Positions 29,361-35,508 of a stretch of DNA of 35,508 nt are shown here, one piece after another (the stretch's first letter is position 1; each line of letters starts with the position of its first letter). Source of the stretch: Spirochaetota bacterium (lineage in GTDB: Bacteria > Spirochaetota > Spirochaetia > Treponematales > Treponemataceae). Location: NCBI GenBank assembly GCA_029571425.1, contig JAKPSR010000423.1, forward strand, positions 1 through 35,508. Direction: 5' to 3'. Below the pieces are notes generated by a model. The model saw nothing but the letters and a program-made list of their open reading frames with translations. It did no database searches and was not told the DNA's origin. The position numbers were made by a program, and so were the translations under genes.

Positions 29361-30515
29361 ATGGAAACTCTCGTCAAGCTCGACCTAAACATTTTCTGCG
29401 CCGTTACCCTCGCCGTGCTTGGCGTTAATTACGCGACGAGGGAAGAGCGGCGATTCACGATCGTGCGCCTTTTCCTCGTGATGGTATGGACGAATCTCGC
29501 CTTATTGACGCTGGATAGCGCGTGCTGGGCGCTCGAGGGCAGGGGTGGCCACGCGGCGCGAGCGGCGAATTACTGGTTTAACCTCGCCTACTTCCTGATT
29601 CACCCGATTCCGCCGCTCGTGTATATACTTTATGGGGATTATCGAGCTCGCGGCGACTACCTCAGGCTCAGGACGATGATTCGCCGCCTTTGCGCGCTCT
29701 ACGCGACGTTCGTCGCCCTAATCCTATACAACCTCAAGACGGGCTGGCTTTACTCGGTGGATTCGGCGAATCACTACTTCCGCGGGCCGTTTTATCCCAT
29801 CTACATCGCGATCGCGTATTCCCTTATCGCGTATCTTTTCTTCTTCATTATGGTTAATCGCCACAAGATCGATCGCCGGGAATTCCTTCCCCTAATTCTC
29901 TTTCCCATCCCCCCGATGATCGGCGGTCTTTTGCAGCTCGTGTTTTTCGGCACCACGTTTCTGTGGCCAGGCATGACCCTCTCGCTCCTCGTGGTCTACC
30001 TGCACGTGCAAAACCTGCACCTAAACAAGGACGCGCTTACCGGCGTCTATACCCGCCGGTTTCTCGACGACTATCTTGAGGAACGGCTACGCAACCAATC
30101 CCCCGATGAGCGCTTCTCGGGAATCTTGGTCGACATCGACGATTTTCATCAGCTTAACCGCACCTTTGGGCACGTCGAGGGGGATCGCGCCCTTCAGGCG
30201 CTGACCGCATCGCTCCGCCAATCGATTCGCGGCGGGGATTTCCTTGCGCGTTTCGAGGGGGATGAATTCGCGATCATCGTGGGCACCGACGACCAAACGG
30301 TCATAGGCGCGGTGGAAGCGCGGATCATCGAGGGCGTGGAAAGATTAAACGCGTCGGGGAAGCTGCGAGGGAAACTTACCGTTTCGCTCGGCTCGACCGT
30401 CTTCGCCCCGGGGCACGACGGGGCGATCGACCAGTTCATCAAGAGCCTTGCGGAAGCCCTGTATTCGGCGAAGCTGAAAAAAAGGCGATCGCGAATACAG
30501 ACGCCTGCGGATTAG
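29361..30515 (+). CDS. Multi-TM membrane protein with a degenerate GGDEF (EGDEF) domain
   Basis: About 7 hydrophobic segments, DALTGVYTRR, DIDDFHQLNRTFGHVEGD and RGGDFLARFEGDEF motifs. Confidence 0.88.
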   Translation: METLVKLDLNIFCAVTLAVLGVNYATREERRFTIVRLFLVMVWTNLALLTLDSACWALEGRGGHAARAANYWFNLAYFLIHPIPPLVYILYGDYRARGDYLRLRTMIRRLCALYATFVALILYNLKTGWLYSVDSANHYFRGPFYPIYIAIAYSLIAYLFFFIMVNRHKIDRREFLPLILFPIPPMIGGLLQLVFFGTTFLWPGMTLSLLVVYLHVQNLHLNKDALTGVYTRRFLDDYLEERLRNQSPDERFSGILVDIDDFHQLNRTFGHVEGDRALQALTASLRQSIRGGDFLARFEGDEFAIIVGTDDQTVIGAVEARIIEGVERLNASGKLRGKLTVSLGSTVFAPGHDGAIDQFIKSLAEALYSAKLKKRRSRIQTPAD

Positions 30516-31168
30516 GCGCGGCCCGCCCGCAGACCTGCCGCGTCGACGACCCTGACCCGGCCTCGCGACAGCGTGACCAAGCCGGCTTTCTCGAAATACT
30601 TCAGCATTCGGCTCACGACCTCGCGCGCGGTGCCCAGCTCCGCGGCGATCTCCTCGTGCGTCGCGTAGACCAACTCGCTTGGCCGGGAAAGAAGATACTC
30701 CGCGAGCCGTCGGTCGATTCCCCGAAAGACGACTTGGTCGACGACCCACATCACGTCAGAGAGGCGCGCGGTCATCGTTGAAAGCATCAGGCGCTGCACC
30801 GCGGCGTTCCTTTCGTGTATCCGGGCGAACGCGTCGTTCGATATGGTAACGACCCTCGTGTCGGTCTCCGCGGAAACGAGGGCCTTGAGCGGCATGGAAC
30901 CAAGGAGGCAGGAGACGGACAGTGGACAGAGATCGCCGTCCCGAAGTCGGTACAAGGTAATCTCGCGTCCCTCGTCCGACACCATATACACCCGCACGAC
31001 GCCGGAAACGATCCACAGAATGCCCTTGCACGACGTCGAATCGAAAAGGATGGTTCCCGCCGTAACGTCGAAGGCCGTAGCGTGACTTGAGACCAAGGAT
31101 CGTTCTTCGTCAGTCAGCAACGAGTCGAGGGGAGGGATCGTGATTGTTTCGTGAGTTTCGCGCTTCAT
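30512..31168 (-). CDS. Crp/Fnr family transcriptional regulator
   Basis: cNMP-like domain (SGVVRVY..GREITLYRL) and HTH THEEIAAELGTAREVVSRMLK. Confidence 0.92.
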   Translation of the reverse strand: MKRETHETITIPPLDSLLTDEERSLVSSHATAFDVTAGTILFDSTSCKGILWIVSGVVRVYMVSDEGREITLYRLRDGDLCPLSVSCLLGSMPLKALVSAETDTRVVTISNDAFARIHERNAAVQRLMLSTMTARLSDVMWVVDQVVFRGIDRRLAEYLLSRPSELVYATHEEIAAELGTAREVVSRMLKYFEKAGLVTLSRGRVRVVDAAGLRAGRA

Positions 31169-31192
31169 GCGGTTGGCAGCGACGGGATCCTA

Positions 31193-31393
31193 TCAGGGCT
31201 CCGTGATATCGCTTTTATTCGGGAGCACGAAGGCGCAGATCAGGTAGATCAGGATGCCCATTCCATACGCGAGTGAAAACACCGCCCACAGAATGCGCAC
31301 GAGAACGACGTCTACGTTGAAGTATTCCGCGAACCCCCCGCACACGCCAAAAATCTTGCGCCCATCCTCAATCTTGTAGAGTCGCCTGCTCAT
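31193..31393 (-). CDS. pspC: PspC domain protein (start moved to MSRRLY at 31393)
   Basis: RRLYK..IFGVCGGFAEYFNVD..LVRI motif. AAGGAGG RBS. Confidence 0.88.
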   Translation of the reverse strand: MSRRLYKIEDGRKIFGVCGGFAEYFNVDVVLVRILWAVFSLAYGMGILIYLICAFVLPNKSDITEP

Positions 31394-31456
31394 CGCGCCC
31401 TCCTTATTATACGTTGTATAATATTGATTGTCACATATTATTGGCACCACGTCAAG

Positions 31457-32149
31457 TCAACGAGGGATAATGGCTAAGCTATATGATCGCCCGTCCGAAT
31501 CGCGCCATCGCCGAGCTATGAATACCCCGCGAAGGGTTCCCTCGTACACGGCCGCGTTGCCTTCCCGGCGGGGTGATAGAACTTCTTCGGCGATCGCGCC
31601 GATCGCGGCTGTATCCGCGTTTTGAAAGGCGTCGGCGGGTACCCCGATTTGGGAAACGGTACCGACGGCCGAGCGAAATCGGGAGCCCTTCGGGGGATCG
31701 TCGACCCAGCGCGGTCGGCCAGAACCGCCCGAAGGCAGGGTCGCCGCGAGGCGGGGCGAGCCGGAAACACGTACCAGGGCTCGCGTCCCGGTCCCGTCCG
31801 ATTCAACACGCAAAACGGTCATCCGATCGAGAAGGGCGATCGCGTTGCCTTGTTCATATGACAACTCGGTCGTTTTTTTCTCATAGGTTTCGCCGGCCAC
31901 GGTCTCAGGCCGTGAGACGTGGCGAACGCGAACACCCTCGCGCATAGCAACTTGGCGGGCGACACGAAGGAGACAATCGGAAAGCTCTTTTTCTGGTGTT
32001 TGCCGCGGCGGAGACTCGGCGTAGTATACGTCGTCGGCGTGGCCTTCGGAAGAAAGGAAAAGGGCGCCCCCCCCGGTGGATTCGCATCCGCCGAGGAGGA
32101 TCGCTATCGCCGATAGGATCAGGAATAACCGTCGCGATCGGCTTTTCAT
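31457..32149 (-). CDS. Hypothetical lipoprotein with an LPP20-like C-terminal region
   Basis: LLGGC lipobox. PRWVDDPPK..AVG resembles the PAWVNKPPK..AIG motif of the neighbouring lipoprotein. Confidence 0.7.
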   Translation of the reverse strand: MKSRSRRLFLILSAIAILLGGCESTGGGALFLSSEGHADDVYYAESPPRQTPEKELSDCLLRVARQVAMREGVRVRHVSRPETVAGETYEKKTTELSYEQGNAIALLDRMTVLRVESDGTGTRALVRVSGSPRLAATLPSGGSGRPRWVDDPPKGSRFRSAVGTVSQIGVPADAFQNADTAAIGAIAEEVLSPRREGNAAVYEGTLRGVFIARRWRDSDGRSYSLAIIPR

Positions 32150-32155
32150 GCTCGC

Positions 32156-32764
32156 TTACTGCTTGGCGGGAACCCCGCCCGAGGTTTCTTTCTCGAGGAA
32201 GGAAAGGGCTTCCTTCGCCTTGAACTCGGCGAAAGCGGCGGCCTCGTTTCGCTGGAAGGCCTGCACGGTGTCCTCGAAGCCCTTGTTCACGTTCGCGCGC
32301 GGGAAGGAACACAGCACGTAGACGGCCCCATCCGCGTCGACCCAGAGGTCGTCTCGCTCGACGCCGACGAGGGTTTGGTCGGCGACCTGCTTGGAGATGC
32401 TCTCCATGTAGTCGAGAACCTGCTTATTAGTGCCGGAACCGGACTCGTTGGTGTAGTTCGTAAGGGCGTTCTTGACGCTCGTGCCGACCCATCGCGCGAT
32501 TTGGTCCTTCGCGTCGGCCTCGGCGCGCAGAATCGAATTCTGCTTGGTCGTCATGCTACCGTACCCGATCGCGAAGAAGGTGTCGGGGCTCTTCGGGGGC
32601 TTGTTGACCCACGCGGGCTGGGGGACGCCTTCCTTACCGATTATGGGGCTCCCAACCGGCGTGGTCGCGGCGGGTTCGGTCTTCTGCGGCTCGGGGTCGG
32701 ACTTACAGGACATAAGGGAGACGATCGCCAGGACCGCCAGGATCGCGCTTGCTTTCTTGAACAT
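32156..32764 (-). CDS. LPP20-family lipoprotein
   Basis: SLMSC lipobox, PAWV...FAIGYG...AEADAKDQIA motif, GGAGGA RBS. Confidence 0.82.
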   Translation of the reverse strand: MFKKASAILAVLAIVSLMSCKSDPEPQKTEPAATTPVGSPIIGKEGVPQPAWVNKPPKSPDTFFAIGYGSMTTKQNSILRAEADAKDQIARWVGTSVKNALTNYTNESGSGTNKQVLDYMESISKQVADQTLVGVERDDLWVDADGAVYVLCSFPRANVNKGFEDTVQAFQRNEAAAFAEFKAKEALSFLEKETSGGVPAKQ

Positions 32765-32915
32765 TTGTTCCTCCTATGCATGTTATATCCCGCGCGCCGG
32801 ATTGGGGCCATGCCCTACCCGGCGGCGAAAAAACCAATATTCGGGGCGCGTTGCGTCGCGGCGACGAACGCGCCCTTCAAGTGTAACACACCGCCGATCA
32901 AACAACCAGGTCGCC

Positions 32916-33806
32916 CTATGCGCCCGATCCGGCGGCTCCCTCCTCGATAACGCGGCGTTGAAGCCGCTCGACGTCATAGAGCATGGCCGGCGGAACGCCA
33001 TACGCGGCCTCAAGGGCTTCCGAGGTCAGCACCTCGTCGACGGATCCCAGGTCTATGCGGCGATCCGGATAAAACAGCATCACGGTATCCGCGTACTTCC
33101 GCGTCAGGGCAAGCTCGTGTAGGGACACCATAATTGAAACACCCGAAGAGCGAAAAACGTCACGGAAAAATTCAAGCGCTCGTTCTTTTTGCCTGTTCTC
33201 CATCGCGAACACGGGCTCGTCCATCATGATCGCGCGTGACCCATATAGGGCCGCGAAGCCCAGAAGAACCCGTTGGCTTTCGCCCTTCGAAAGGGCATCG
33301 AGCCTTCGATCGCGAAGGCCTTCGAGCTCGAAGGCGGCGACGACATCCCGCATAAAGCCCTCGTCTTTACGAACATGCCCACCGCGCCCATACACGATAT
33401 CGAGAAGAGCAGCAACGCGCGCCCCATCCTCGGCGGGCTCAAGCTCCATATTTTGATAAATAAAGGAACACAGAAGGTTTCGCCTATGCGCGACCTCGGG
33501 GTTTAGGCCGGTACCCGGTAATCCACCAATCGCGCCCCCGGCCAGCGTGCGGGTATCCTCCCCAAGAAGGGAAACGGTTCCCCGCGTGGGAAGCACGCGA
33601 GAACCGGCAAGCAGGAGAAAGGTCGATTTCCCGGCTCCGTTTGGCCCAACGAGGCTAATGAATCCCGTCGGGATATCGGCCGTAAATCCGTCGAACACGG
33701 GCGGGGACGGATTCCCGTCGGCAAGTGCATAGGGCGCGCCGGTTTCCGGATCAAGCCAGCTAAACGAAACGTCATGGAAAGACGCCAAAACAGATGAATT
33801 CGTCAT
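32916..33806 (-). CDS. ABC transporter ATP-binding protein
   Basis: Walker A GPNGAGKST, signature LSKGE, Walker B IMMDEP, H-loop SLHE. Confidence 0.9.
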   Translation of the reverse strand: MTNSSVLASFHDVSFSWLDPETGAPYALADGNPSPPVFDGFTADIPTGFISLVGPNGAGKSTFLLLAGSRVLPTRGTVSLLGEDTRTLAGGAIGGLPGTGLNPEVAHRRNLLCSFIYQNMELEPAEDGARVAALLDIVYGRGGHVRKDEGFMRDVVAAFELEGLRDRRLDALSKGESQRVLLGFAALYGSRAIMMDEPVFAMENRQKERALEFFRDVFRSSGVSIMVSLHELALTRKYADTVMLFYPDRRIDLGSVDEVLTSEALEAAYGVPPAMLYDVERLQRRVIEEGAAGSGA

Positions 33807-33814
33807 GGTTCCGG

Positions 33815-33823
33815 ATTATACCA
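33815..33823 (-). promoter_or_regulatory. Extended -10 promoter, near-leaderless, for the ABC ATPase
   Basis: Minus strand TGGTATAAT, then 8 nt to ATG 33806. Confidence 0.6.
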
Positions 33824-33930
33824 TATTCGTTCCCTCGGTTTTTTTATCTTTCGCTCCGAAAAGAACTTTCGTTCGCCTACGAATAGGCTACACTTACAGG
33901 AGATATGCCTTTTGGCAAAGGAGTCTCGTT

Positions 33931-34914
33931 ATGAATGAGAAATTTCGCTCAACGTTAACTGGATCCGATTGGTGGAAGCCCTTTCTCGTGGCCTATGTAT
34001 TGTTCCTCGCGGTATTAATTCCTTTCGAGTACGTCACCTTATCCGCGAAGGCTAATCCAGATCCCTCGGCCGCGGCGGGAATTCTCGGCTTTTTCGTCCT
34101 CTATTTCCTGGGACTAACGGCGCTATATAGCGTTTTTGGCGTTATCCTGTTCCGCGCGTTTCTTTCGCATGTGTCTTTAAAGGATAAACCCTTCGCGTTT
34201 ACCGGGACGATTGGATCTTTTCTCCGAATCAATTTTGTCGGCTTATTCCTTTCAATCATCACCATTGGGTTTTACATTCCCCGCTACATGAAACGCGTAG
34301 CGGATTTTTTCGTAAACAATGTCGAATACGACGGAACCAAAGCGAATTTCCTTGGGAAAACGGGCAAGATGTTCAAGTATTATATCCTTGGCCTGTTCCT
34401 CCCTATTTTGGCGCTGATCGTTGGTGGCGGCGTATATATGGCTACTAAAATGCTACAATCAGGGGCAACCCCTGTCGGTGGAAATTCCTCCCTATTTGCC
34501 GGGTTCGCGGCCAATATCGTGATCTTAGTGATGATTCTGCCATTCACCTACTATACCTACAAATGGATGGTACATATCGCGTGGAAGGAAACGAGGATCG
34601 CCTGGGATACCCGTTTTTGGCCCTCGATTGGCTATGTACTCGGGCAAATTCTTCTTTGCTGCGTCACGCTCTGTATCTATTTCCCTGCGGCCAGCGTGAA
34701 GATATGGCGTTACTTCACGACTCGCACCGTTTTGTACGTCGAAAACCGTGAAACGGGGCGACTTTCCTTCGAGGGCGCGACGGGTGCCGGGTTTAAGCTG
34801 ATTTGGATACAGGTTCTTCTTTGCCTTATAACCTTGGGAATATACCTTCCCTGGGGATACGCAAAAATCCTTGCGTTCTTTATCAATAATACGGGCGTAA
34901 AGACGACGGCATAA
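33931..34914 (+). CDS. DUF898/YjgN-family membrane protein (start moved to MNEKFR at 33931)
   Basis: AAGGAG RBS. Repeated F.G + L..IT.GIY.P modules (FTGT..LSIITIGFYIP, FEGA..LCLITLGIYLPW). Confidence 0.82.
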   Translation: MNEKFRSTLTGSDWWKPFLVAYVLFLAVLIPFEYVTLSAKANPDPSAAAGILGFFVLYFLGLTALYSVFGVILFRAFLSHVSLKDKPFAFTGTIGSFLRINFVGLFLSIITIGFYIPRYMKRVADFFVNNVEYDGTKANFLGKTGKMFKYYILGLFLPILALIVGGGVYMATKMLQSGATPVGGNSSLFAGFAANIVILVMILPFTYYTYKWMVHIAWKETRIAWDTRFWPSIGYVLGQILLCCVTLCIYFPAASVKIWRYFTTRTVLYVENRETGRLSFEGATGAGFKLIWIQVLLCLITLGIYLPWGYAKILAFFINNTGVKTTA

Positions 34915-34929
34915 CCGCCGCCCGTCACG

Positions 34930-34959
34930 ACGGCTCCCTACGCCGGGAGCCGTTTTTTT
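34930..34959 (+). terminator. Rho-independent terminator
   Basis: ACGGCTCCC-TACGCC-GGGAGCCGT stem followed by a T run, 15 nt after the DUF898 stop. Confidence 0.85.
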
Positions 34960-34971
34960 ATTCATAAATGA

Positions 34972-35508
<537 letters not shown>

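Overview
GC-rich bacterial chromosomal window, most likely from a Treponema-like spirochaete. That assignment is an inference from the archaeal/eukaryal-type pheS-pheT pair and spirochaete-style lipoboxes. The left arm (1-7.7 kb) holds the end of a GGEEF diguanylate cyclase, a rhomboid protease, a conserved hypothetical gene, a membrane sensor kinase whose H-box lacks the phospho-accepting His, pheS/pheT and a PilZ-like protein. The centre (7.8-27.1 kb) is a near-complete aryl polyene (APE) type II PKS/FAS-like cluster in the canonical apeA-apeR order: secreted protein, methyltransferase, CLF, acyltransferase, 2 ACPs, membrane protein, AMP ligase fused to dehydratase, GT2, acyltransferase, MIO ammonia-lyase, thioesterase, LolA-like, MMPL, DUF3261 lipoprotein, KS, DH, KR, KS. 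It has three local modifications: an inverted PPTase inserted mid-cluster, accD-accA coupled to the 3' end without accB/accC in the window, and internal promoters, one apparently leaderless. The right arm holds a FecR + tandem CBM-like lipoprotein, a degenerate EGDEF protein with an intact I-site, Crp/Fnr, PspC, two lipoproteins, an orphan ABC ATPase, DUF898/YjgN, a terminator and the 5' end of nifJ. No rRNA, tRNA, CRISPR array or mobile element was seen.
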